Positions 13,298 to 24,340 of a stretch of 64,000 bases of DNA are shown in pieces. A model generated the notes under the pieces. It ran no database searches and had not been told where the DNA came from. It was given only the letters and a program-made list of their open reading frames with translations. Positions within the stretch are counted from its first letter, which is position 1; each line of letters opens with the position of its first letter. Made by a program: the position numbers and the translations under genes. Source of the DNA: Tubiluchus corallicola (lineage: Eukaryota > Animalia > Priapulida); assembly GCA_030141605.1 (NCBI GenBank), contig JAQGDQ010000654.1:54327-118326 (forward strand), given 5' to 3'.

Positions 13298-13410
13298 TTC
13301 GGTTTGGCCTCCGGTGTCGGCGGAGGTCCTTCTTCTTTCAGTTTCTGTTGATAAGCGGCCATCTTCTCTTCGTATTCCTTTTTGGCTTCTTTAGACTTCT
13401 CTTCCCACTC
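13298..13410 (-). pseudogene. Isolated exon encoding HMG-box helix III (SSRP1/HMG-D-like); no partner exons found in window
   Basis: Minus strand TTTTTAG|GAG TGG GAA ... CCG AA|GTATGA; translates EWEEKSKEAKKEYEEKMAAYQQKLKEEGPPPTPEAKP, matching the HMG-box W..KA...K..YE..M..Y pattern. Confidence 0.65.
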
Positions 13411-13543
13411 CTAAAAAACCATGTAAGTAACAGTGAAAGTATCAGTACAATTATTGTGCGCCCTCCCTCCACAACGCAAGAGCTAAGACCACAGAGGTCT
13501 GGAATCGTATCATTTAGGGTGTTAGAGTGTATAGAGTACTTAA

Positions 13544-13845
13544 AGAAAAAGATCAAGTCTTCTCGGAACTCACGTTTATTTCAATTTTCACAAAAAATGC
13601 TAGAACGATTTAGTAAAAAAACTGTGATAATCGCGCCGTGCAATTAGTAAAATCACTTTAATGTTGAAATCATTTCATGCTTGGGTGCTCGTATTTTGAA
13701 CGCTCATTTTTTCACCAATGATGTCATTTTAAACCCAATTTTTCCACCAATGATGTCATTTTAAACCCCATTTTTCCACCAATGATGGCGCTCATTGGCT
13801 GAAGAAAAGCAGCAACTGTCAATTTCCGTCAAAAGTATAAAGAGT
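13544..13845 (+). mobile_element. TTAA-flanked Kolobok-like element, family C (partial)
   Basis: TTAA|AGAAAAAGATC start; homologous to the reverse complement of 31070-31257 (ATTAGTAAAATCACTTTAA, ATCATTTCATGCTTG, ATTTTGAACG). Confidence 0.6.
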
Positions 13846-13906
13846 TTCTACGACTCTTGGAAGGGCATAGATGGCATAGTTTCAGCGATTGATGATGATC
13901 GTTAAA

Positions 13907-14211
13907 AGGTTAAAGGTCACCAGACAACACATTTGTGTACACTTGACAACGCCTCGCAGCTTTAGCATCCCGCCAGAACCTTACCTAGTTCATTTTTTCT
14001 TGTTCTCAAGCAAGATCTTGCTAGTAAATCACTCTATACACAGAGTAATGCATAATTAAGTAAAGTCCACGTAAAACAACTGAAGTACTAAACCAATGCG
14101 CTGCGTTATCCACGTCACGTGACGATTGTTGTTAAGACGCGTTGCTGTGGTACACATAACTTAACCTTTGACCTACAGCAACTGCGCGTGCGCACAACGA
14201 AACTATAAAAG
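13907..14211 (+). promoter_or_regulatory. Putative promoter of the orphan gene: two DR1 elements, CCAAT, overlapping UPRE/E-box, TATA box
   Basis: AGGTTA-A-AGGTCA 13907-13919; CCAAT ~14093; CCACGTCACGTGAC 14110-14123; TAACCT-T-TGACCT 14162-14174; TATAAAAG 14204-14211. Confidence 0.55.
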
Positions 14212-14290
14212 GGCTTATTGTCTACGGGTTTTTAAATGCAGTACGCGCACTAAAAGTCTCATTGCTTTTTTTCAGGTTCTGATTTCGTTA

Positions 14291-14336
14291 ATGAAGGTAG
14301 AAAGAACAACAGCTGAAGGTTATGCATCACTTCGAG
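14291..14336 (+). CDS. Orphan gene exon 1 (MKVERTTAEGYASLR)
   Basis: ATG 87 bp after the start of the TATA box; donor CGAG|GTAAAA, phase 1, matches next exon. Confidence 0.55.
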
Positions 14337-14514
14337 GTAAAATGTGTATAGGAAGCTGCTGCACTCTCAACGATTGTTCTGGTTTTTTACGTTTTAAAGA
14401 CTTGGAGACTTGAGATCAACTCAGCAGTTAATAGAAAAGCTGGAAGCAAAGAGAACAAAAATATTAATACTAAGCAGAATTATGTTATAACAGCTATAGT
14501 AGTTTATATACGTG

Positions 14515-15020
14515 ACAACAACCAACAACAGCAGCGACAGCAAGGGCTGTGACAATAACAACAAAACAACAAGAACAACAGCAACAAGCAACAACAACAA
14601 CAGCAGCAGCAACAACAACAACAACAACAGCAGCAGCAGCAGCAACAACAACAACAACAAACAACAACAACAAAAACAACAGCAACAAACAGCAACAAAC
14701 AACAGCAACAACAGCAGCAGGAGCAACAACAACAACAACAGCAGCAGCAGCAGCAACAACAACAACAGCAGCAACAAACAACAGCAACAACAGCAACAAA
14801 CAACAACAACAGCAGCAGCAGCAACAACAACAGCAGCAGCAGCAACAACAACAACAACAGCAACAAACAACAGCAACAACAGCAACAAACAACAACAACA
14901 ACAGCAACAAACAACAACAACAACAGCAACAAACAACAAACATATAACAACAACACCCCCGCCAACAAGAACAACACCCCACCTATAACAACAAAAACAA
15001 CAGCTACAACAGCAACGGGC
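14515..15020. repeat. (CAA/CAG)n compound microsatellite, intronic
   Basis: Direct reading; source of the polyQ/polyN/polyC/polyL ORFs. Confidence 0.95.
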
Positions 15021-15076
15021 AACGGTACTGACAATAATAGCAAAATCATATAATTCGTATTTATTTAAATTTCTAG

Positions 15077-15256
15077 TTGTAGATCGGGATGTGTTTGCAC
15101 GATTTAGAGAAAGTCTGATAAGATCATTCACAACACCAGTTCCTAAGAGCACTTTTGACGTAGAAGAGCATCTAACTGATGCCGAACTGCAAAAACGCAG
15201 TGAGCAGGAAGCGAAACGTCAAGCACTTTCATCCAAGATAGACTTAATAACAAACG
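15077..15256 (+). CDS. Orphan gene exon 2 (180 nt, phase 1-1)
   Basis: AAATTTCTAG| acceptor and AACG|GTATGT donor; open frame VDRDVFARFRESLIRSFTTPVPKSTFDVEEHLTDAELQKRSEQEAKRQALSSKIDLITN. Confidence 0.65.
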
Positions 15257-15352
15257 GTATGTGGCAATAGCAGTAACCATCACCAAAGCAGTTTTATCTG
15301 GGCGTTAGCATTATTGAAACTCAGACATTCAAAATTCATCCTACCTATGTGA

Positions 15353-15816
15353 CAGGGATGAGAATGACAAATTGCAAAAAACTCTGAAACAGGCAGCAAC
15401 AAATTGCAATTTTGTGACCATAGAGAGCCTCTAAGTGGACTTAAAATATCAGTTACCTTGTTTCATGCATAATTTAAAATACCCAACTATCAAGGATACA
15501 TGATACCTAATTGTCTTAAAAACGCCTCCTAAGTACTGGCCGCTCCTATGCAAAAATATATAAAAAATGTCTGCAATTGACTCAAATAACTCCGCACAAT
15601 TGATTCTATATTTTTATACATAGAGATAAACACGTGGTTACACTGATGTACGTGATGTAAACAAAGTGACGGCCTGCCACCTAGCGGTCAGCTTATGAAA
15701 TAATGTACTGCGTCTGTAAAACTTTTCTCAACGAATTTACGCGATTTACAAAAATAGCACTACTGGTCTTCCAAAAACTCAGAATTCTGCGTATCCGCGG
15801 AAAATTCTCATCCCTG
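15353..15816. mobile_element. MITE with 13-bp TIR (hAT-like ends)
   Basis: CAGGGATGAGAAT ... ATTCTCATCCCTG; flanks ATGTGA / ACGTGA. Confidence 0.7.
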
Positions 15817-16659
15817 ACGTGAGTTAGGTTATATGAAAGGCAATCATTTTCAATAGATATTTTACCCATGCTTAGTACAAGTGAATAATTAATTTAAACT
15901 AAGAAATTTATAGAAAAAGCATGGAAGAACTTCTTCCATGGTGTGAATGAGTCAATATTAACAGAAACAGTAGAACGGATTTAATATGGTTCGATAAACC
16001 TAGAATAAATTTATTTTATGAAGCACAAAAATCGAAAAGCATAAAGAGAATAGCAATTGTAGAATTTTAGCGAAAAACTGACAAATAAGAAATACATAGT
16101 GGTAACTAGCAAGTAAACAAATTGTTTGGGAAAACGATTGTATAGAAAAACGATATAGAATTCAGCATTGATTCTGCAGTAAATTGTATACAAAAATCAC
16201 TGTTCAAATTCAACTCAAGTTCAAAATAATTTATTGATTTAGTACATATCATAGTCATATTAATTTGAGCGCAATTTAAAATACAATATAAACAGTAAAA
16301 TAAAAATGATTATGTGAAAATGATCACTATTATTAAGGGAGTCTCACAGTGTGATGGTTCGTTTCAAAATGCTAAACTATAGCAGAAAGGCACTGTCTCG
16401 TTCACATTGTGTGAGAAGTACCATCCATTATGCTAGCATGAGACAGCACACATTGATGTGAGATAGCACACATAGATCTCCACACACATTAATGTGAGAC
16501 AGCACACATTGATGTGAGATAGCACACATTAATGCGAGATAGCACACACTGATGTGAGACAGCACACAATGATGTGAGATAACACATATATTGATGTTAG
16601 ATACCACACAATGTACCAGCAATGTGAGGTGTAGAAGAAGATACCACATAGTGTATCAA

Positions 16660-19350
16660 TCATGACGTGAGATGCCACACAAAGACAAGTAATATGTGGT
16701 ATGACGTGAGATGCCACACAAAGACCAGTAATATGTGGTATGACGTGAGATGCCACACAAAGACAAGAAATGTGTGGTATGACGTGAGATGCCACACAAA
16801 GACAAGTAATATGTGGTATGACGTGAGATGCCACACAAAGACAAGTAATATGTGGTATGACGTGAGATGCCACACAAAGACAAGAAATGTGTGGTATGAC
16901 GTGGATGCCACACAAAGACCAGTAATATGTGGTATGACGTGAGATGCCACACAAAGACAAGAAATGTGTGGTATGACGTGAGATGCCACACAAAAACAAG
17001 TAATGTGTGGTATGACATGAGATGCCACACAAAGACCAGTAATGTGTGGTATGACGTGAGATGCCACACAAAGACAAGTAATGTGTGGTATGACGTGAGA
17101 TGCCACACAAAGACAAGTAATGTGTGGTATGACGTGAGATGCCACACAAAGACAAGTAATGTGTGGTATGACGTGAGATGCCACACAAAAACCAGTAATG
17201 TGTGGTATGACATGAGATGCTACACAATGATCAGTAATGTGTGGTATGACGAGATACCATAATGATCAGAGTAATGTGTGGTATGACATGAGATACCACA
17301 ATGACCAGAGTAATGTGTGGTATGACATGAGATACCACAATCACCAGAGTAATGTGTGGTATGACGTGAGATGCCACAAAATGACTAGTAATGTGTGGTA
17401 TGACGTGTGATGCCACACAAAGACCAGTAATGTGTGGTATAACGTGAGATACCACACAGAGACCATTAATGTGTGGTCTGCACAATGACTAGTAATGTGT
17501 GGTATGACGTGAGATGCCACACAAAGACAAGTAATGTGTGGTATGACGTGAGATGCCACACAAAGACAAGTAATGTGTGGTATGACGTGAGATGCCACAC
17601 AGAGACAAGTAATGTGTGGTATGACGTGAGATGCCACACAAAGACAAGTAATGTGTGGTATGACGTGAGATGCCACACAGAGACAAGTAATATGTGGTAT
17701 GACGTGAGATGCCACACAAAGACAAGTAATGTGTGGTATGACGTGAGATGCCACACAAAGACAAGTAATGTGTGGTATGACGTGAGATGTGACACAAAGA
17801 CAAGTAACGTGTGGTCTGCACAATGACTAGTAATGTGTGGTATGACGTGAGATGCCACACAAAGACAAGTAATGTGTGGTATGACGTGAGATGCCACACA
17901 AAGACAAGTAATGTGTGGTATGACGTGAGATGCCACACAGAGACAAGTAATGTGTGGTATGACGTGAGATGCCACACAAAGACAAGTAATGTGTGGTATG
18001 ACGTGAGATGCCACACAAAGACAAGTAATGTGTGGTATGACGTGAGATGCCACACAAAAACAAGTAATGTGTGGTATGACGTGAGATGCCACACAAAAAC
18101 CAGTAATGTGTGGTATGACATGAGATGCTACACAATGATCAGTAATGTGTGGTATGACGAGATACCATAATGATCAGAGTAATGTGTGGTATGACATGAG
18201 ATACCACAATGACCAGAGTAATGTGTGGTATGACATGAGATACCACAATCACCAGAGTAATGTGTGGTATGACGTGAGATGCCACAAAATGACTAGTAAT
18301 GTGTGGTATGACGTGTGATGCCACACAAAGACCAGTAATGTGTGGTATAACGTGAGATACCACACAGAGACCAGTAATGTGTGGTCTGCACAATGACTAG
18401 TAATGTGTGGTATGACGTGAGATGCCACACAAAGACAAGTAATGTGTGGTATGACGTGAGATGCCACACAAAGACAAGTAATGTGTGGTATGACGTGAGA
18501 TGCCACACAAAGACAAGTAATGTGTGGTATGACGTGAGATGCCACACAAAGACAAGTAATGTGTGGTATGACGTGAGATGCCACACAGAGACAAGTAATG
18601 TGTGGTATGACGTGAGATGCCACACAAAGACAAGTAATGTGTGGTATGACGTGAGATGCCACACAAAGACAAGTAATGTGTGGTATGACGTGAGATGTGA
18701 CACAAAGACAAGTAACGTGTGGTCTGCACAATGACTAGTAATGTGTGGTATGACGTGAGATGCCACACAAAGACAAGTAATGTGTGGTATGACGTGAGAT
18801 GCCACACAAAGACAAGTAATGTGTGGTATGACGTGAGATGCCACACAGAGACAAGTAATGTGTGGTATGATGTGAGATGCCACACAAAGACAAGTAATGT
18901 GTGGTATGACGTGAGATGCCACCCAAAGACCAGTAATGTGTGGTATAACGTGAGATGCCACACAAAGACAAGTAATGTGTGGTATGACGTGAGATGCTAC
19001 ACAATGATCAGTAATGTGTGGTATGACGAGATACCATAATGACCAGAGTGATGTGTGGTATGACGTGAGATGCCACACAAAGACAAGTAAAGTGTGGTAT
19101 GACGTGAGATGCCACACAAAGACCAGTAATGTGTGGTATGACGTGAGATGCCAGACAAAGACCAGTAATGTGTGGTATGACGTGAGATGCCACACAAAGA
19201 CAAGTAATGTGTGGTATGATGTGAGATGCCACACAAAGACCAGTAATGTGTGGTATGACGTGAGATGCCACACAAAAACCAGTAATGTGTGGTATGACGT
19301 GAGATGCCACACAAAGACAAGTAATATGTGGTATGACGTGAGATGCCACA
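16660..19350. repeat. 39-bp satellite (~65-70 units) with 908-bp higher-order repeat; resumes at 20536-20737
   Basis: Unit GTAATGTGTGGTATGACGTGAGATGCCACACAAAGACAA; variant blocks recur at +908 (ORFs 17231/18139 and 17341/18249). Confidence 0.95.
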
Positions 19351-20535
19351 TGTGACGCCGTGTAATAATTAAATCAGGATGTTAAGAAATCAGAGTACTG
19401 TGTTCAGGGTTCTCGAGCGTTTCCGTCACTTTTATATGCTAAATCTACAGGATAATCATTTATTTGTGTAGGCTACGTGAATTCGCGTCACTGGTGAAAC
19501 ACTTGTGTGCACGTGCAAATTATTTAATCAGAACGACAACGGAACTAAAAGCTAATATTTAGATTTAGAATTTAATCAGTGAAACAATAATAGCAAATTA
19601 AATTGATAACAATTTCCAACAATACCTAATTCCCCCAAAAGTAACGTTGGCCGGCTACGCTTCTGTCTCTCATCAGGCGTTTGGATCTATCAACCCCGCT
19701 CTTGAGTCTCCAACCATGCCACATCAGCTTTTCATCTCCAGCAGTCAGCCACGTCCTTGCCAGCAACTCCTTGCCAATGGTCACCAATCCAGCCTCTGCA
19801 TGGCCCACGCTTTAAAACTGCTCCAGCAATCCAGCGGTTGAACTCGTACCTGGTTGCCTCAGCCTTCCAGTAATAAAGCCAAATATCGTCCTTTTGCAGG
19901 GTGACAAACAGAACCTTTAGTTCAGACGAACAGACAGACCATTGGTCCAGGTATAACTGGTCCTCAGCTGGTTTCCCACTACTATTCAGCGAGTGAGTCC
20001 TATTCTGCAGGTAGAAATATGGTTACCAAACACTTGCTTCTTGGAATGTCAAGACAGTGTCATCACAGCAAACGACGAATAAACAAAAGTAGACAAAACC
20101 ATTGTCTTTGTGACAAATCATCTCACTGCATACGAGTACCATTAAAAACAGGTTCACACCAAACTTGGTGTTCAGCCATATAAAATAACCTCAGGATGTG
20201 GACTAACCAGCAAAACTCCACCACCCTGTAACTTTGACAGTCAGAACATAACTAGTGTAAAACACGAACTCTGTAGTAAGATCCCAAAACAGGTTGAAGC
20301 CATTTGGTATTCGAATTTTCAGGAAACCTAATTACAGGTAAGCAGAGAAATAAGTGGCCAGAGCCATCTACTGTCAAAAACTTACAAAAAACACACAATG
20401 TAATATAAGTTTAAATAAACAGTGCAATAAATCAATCAGGTAATTAGATAATTAATTATGCACACACAATGTCATAGGAAAGATATATCAAAATAGGTGT
20501 TGCGACAATGATGGGTGGTATAACCGATCATCACA
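19351..20535. mobile_element. Solo LTR (1185 bp) inserted into the satellite
   Basis: TGTGACG ... CATCACA termini (TG...CA with short inverted repeat); perfect 5-bp TSD CCACA at 19346-19350 and 20536-20540. Confidence 0.85.
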
Positions 20536-20870
20536 CCACACAAAGACAAGTAATGTGTGGTATGACGTGAGATGCCACACAAAGACAAGTAATGTGTGGT
20601 ATGACGTGAGATGCCACACAAAGACCAGTAATGTGTGGTATGACGTGAGATGCCACACAAAAACCAGTAATGTGTGGTATGACGTGAGATGCCACACAAA
20701 GACAAGTAATCTGTGGTATGATGTGAGATGCCACAAATCATACAATGAAGTGATTTAATGGTGTGAAATGCGTGGACAAAGACTGTATTGTGCACTGCAT
20801 CAAAACTACTTTGTTTTTTTAGCCCTATTTGTGCCTTGTGAAACTTATGAAGCAGAAGTTATTCCTGTAG

Positions 20871-21100
20871 GAACAGGACTAGGACCACAGTTGTGCCTAC
20901 CTACAAGCCTTAGTGAAAATCAGGTGAGCTTATTGGGAGACCTGCTCGATTACGTCATCCACAATAACCAGCACACCAGAGAGAGCACAAATTCTTTGAT
21001 TGAGAAACAGTACGCATCCAAACAGAAATTGCTCAAGCTTCAAGAGCTGATCACAGCACTGGAGATCCTGAATAATTTAGCTATCAGCAGTGGTTATTGA
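20871..21100 (+). CDS. Orphan gene exon 3 (terminal)
   Basis: ATTCCTGTAG|GA acceptor, phase 1; frame equals ORF 20768..21100, GTGLGPQLCLP...LQELITALEILNNLAISSGY*. Confidence 0.6.
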
Positions 21101-21139
21101 ATAATTCTTACAGGAAGTTCTTAACCAATTAATTATATA

Positions 21140-21460
21140 GATATGATGATTAATTTTATTTGTTTTTTAATGATTAATTATGTTGATGAATAATACTGAA
21201 TTATACCTTTGCATATCCTTACTTTGATTACTGTAATACAGTGTGCAGACACCTTTTAGAAAGAGTATCAAAGGTACAAAAAATGTTTATCCGTCAAATG
21301 GCACACTGGCATTAAAGAAGGAACGAATATTAGAACTTTCGCGTACAATCTCTTTAAAAAGTCGAAAATACTGACAACGTCCAATGTAGTAGAACGCATA
21401 CCAATCTGTTTATGCACAAATATGTTAATAATATATGTATCGTAGTTTTTCCAATTATAA
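21140..21460 (+). mobile_element. Degraded LINE (Crack/L2-group) fragment
   Basis: Broken frames reading PYFDYCNTV, KVQKMFIR, LFKKSKILT, FMHKY. Confidence 0.5.
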
Positions 21461-23269
21461 TATTGTTACGAAGACGGGTTTTGACTAACCCCATAATGTT
21501 AGTAATGGGTACATGCGCATTATTTTACTGTTTATTTTATTACTATAAATGTGTGAAAAAAATCAATACAAGTAACAATGACTTTCAAGTTCCTCCTGAT
21601 GACTCCAAAAATCTGTAATTGTATTTGTCTTTTTGTTATCCTTACTCCTTTCATAACGTATTCCTTGAAAAATATTATAACTATATGTATATATAAAAAT
21701 AATAAAAATTCTCTTCTCTACATTAACTCAAGCTATTCTATAATTATTGATTAATATCGTGCATAAATTTTAACATAATCACCTCTCAAAAAACTAAAAA
21801 CATAATATGTAAAACCCACTCCCATGACCATCTTTATCCAAACTGTCTTTTATCGCTATCCTGTTCTTAGTGACCTGCCTAACTTTTCCTGTTTCATATT
21901 TCTTATATATTTCTTTTCTCTCTAATACAAACTATATTTACTAACAATTGCCAGGTGCCACTTAGATGGTCGGCCGCTACTTAGCGATATGCTTCAGTTT
22001 AAACCTAGACACCTAGATGTGCTCGCATCTAGCATAACCTCTTGGTTATCGCATTTCCAGGGCCAATTTTATATTGGTTTTCATAAACAAAAAAATAATA
22101 TTCTAAGGCAAGATTTGTGAAAAAATTGTAAATTAAAGTTTGCACAACAAGCTACTTACACAACATATACTCTACAACTATTTCCTCCCTATGTGAAAGC
22201 TACATAGCATTAGCAAGAACTGTCCAAATTTGTTTTAAGAGGCGTGGCTTATTGAACAGTGGTTCCTCACTTCCAAAACTCGGCTATCTGACTACTTAAA
22301 AGAAGACAGGATCCTTTTCATAATCATCCCCATTTTCGAATCCGATAAAAAGTATACATTTCAACACAATTAATACTGCAAAAGCGTTTTTGTTAATTAA
22401 ATATTAGATTAAAAACTTAATTAACGGCGGGCGAGCCCAATTATTGATGACATCACAAACTAACAAATTTTCAACAGCGAAAATATTCCACGAGCGTGTT
22501 GCACGTGTTTGCGAAAGCGAAAATTGAAATACAGTGCTACTGTAAGGTATTCAATGTGTTGTACTAAAACTAGGCAAGTTTTAAGATAAAAAATCAAATT
22601 TACTGCTGTGCTCACGCATGAGCTGTGTAACGCGTGTAGTTCGTCAGAAACTAACGCATCTGAACTAAGAGGTACAGCACCTGTTTTTTTGTGTTTGTCT
22701 GGTAATAATTCTTTCCGTCAGTCATTTTGTAAAAGAACAGTATGTTTCCTTTCAATATTTTAAAGAGTAAATTGTTGTGACCTACAGTTTAAGATTGTGT
22801 CCGGTTTTGCTTTTTATGATTCAACATGCCACAAACACTTATGTGACTGACGCCATTATATTACTCTAAACTCAACTTGCTCATTAGCTTGAAACAGGTC
22901 GTAAAACTGACTGAAGATTTTTGATTGCAAGTTACAATGAGATTAAGCCCATCATGTGAACGAATGGACCTTAAGTTAATTAATAAGCATTAACTACCAA
23001 TAACGACTTACCAAATTTTGACATTACACTAGACTGCAGAGAAACACAAAATCGAACTAAACTCATTCCCAACTACATATCAAGTATTGCAAAAATTATA
23101 TCTCTCTGTGCACTTACGAATATAGAAAAGAAATCTAATTTTTTGCACTATTTGGTGCTGCAAACAATTTAATTCCATTTTGTTTTTCTTGGGGTCAAGT
23201 GTCATGTCAAAATTTGGCCAAGTTTTTTCCTAGCACTTTTTCTGCAGGACACGAAACACAGCTTTTATT

Positions 23270-23552
23270 TCTCTGGGTCTCAATAACTGATATTATATAA
23301 CAATTACCGACAGATGGCAGCACATGAAACGCAGCCTTAGTTCTCCGAGTCTCAATAACTGCATATATTATATAACAATTACCGACAGATGGCAGCACAT
23401 GAAACACAGCCTTTAGTTCTCTGAGTCTCAATAACTGAATATATTATATAACAAATACCGACAGATGGCAGCACATGAAACGCAGCCTTTAGTTCTCTGA
23501 GTCTCAGTAACTGAATATATTACATAACAGTTACCGAGAGATGGCAGCACAA
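23270..23552. repeat. ~75-bp tandem repeat (4 copies)
   Basis: GTCTCAATAACTG...TTACCGACAGATGGCAGCACA recurring at ~23276, 23349, 23425, 23501. Confidence 0.9.
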
Positions 23553-23759
23553 TGCAGCGCAATACCAGAATCGCCTAAAGCTCAATAGTACACCCTACAA
23601 TAATGTTGAGGTATATTACACGTTTTAATTGTACTACTTGCTCACAAAAATTTGTTTCCGAAATGCAGACTGTTTGGCTATAAAACAAATTTATAGTATA
23701 GAAATTAACATTTAACATAATTACTGTGTTTCATCACGTTTCTAGCTTGCATTTCAATA

Positions 23760-24125
23760 ACTATTATTTATTAATTTATTTTATTTATTTCGTTAACTTC
23801 AGAGTGCTATACACGAGTGACAAGTTGAAAAGTTGAAAAGAGAAATAAAATAATAAAGGACTACTACAAAAAACAGTGCAAATAAAAACAAAGTGATAAT
23901 AATAATATAAGTAGAAGATTACGGTAAAAACACAAAGAACTAAACTAGCTGTTTACAAGTGTCTGATAAAAAGTAAAAAATTGCTAAAAATCAACATGAC
24001 ATAGCCGTTTTTTAAATAATTTTCTGTTGGCCAGCATATACAGTTAGAGCATCATTCACAGATGATGACAGTTCATTCCATAAACTTACAACTCTGTTGC
24101 TGAAGAAATGTTTGAAGTAATTAAG
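23760..24125 (-). mobile_element. CR1-type LINE 3' end
   Basis: Minus translation FKHFFSNRVVSLWNEL (CR1 FFSNRVV.WN.L motif); (AAAT)-like tail near 23765. Confidence 0.65.
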
Positions 24126-24340
24126 TGAGTAATTAAATCATGCAAAGTTACAAAGAGCTTTCATTAAAAAAGTTAAAAAACTATTATTTGCATTTTAGAA
24201 AGTAACTTCGCAGTGAAAGACTGTATTCAAGTATTTACATATTACTGCATTACATTTGAAAATAACAATATTTAAACGTAAATTTCAAAAGCTATATAAA
24301 GAACGTTAATATTTTGAAAATATTTTACAAAATTCGGAAC

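Noticed and set aside
14421-15152. PolyQ/polyN/polyC/polyL proteins
   Set aside because: Most frames on both strands are open across a (CAA/CAG)n microsatellite that lies in a predicted intron
16660-20737. CRISPR-like array (palindromic 39-bp repeats)
   Set aside because: Units are head-to-tail with no unique spacers, there are no cas genes, and the context is eukaryotic
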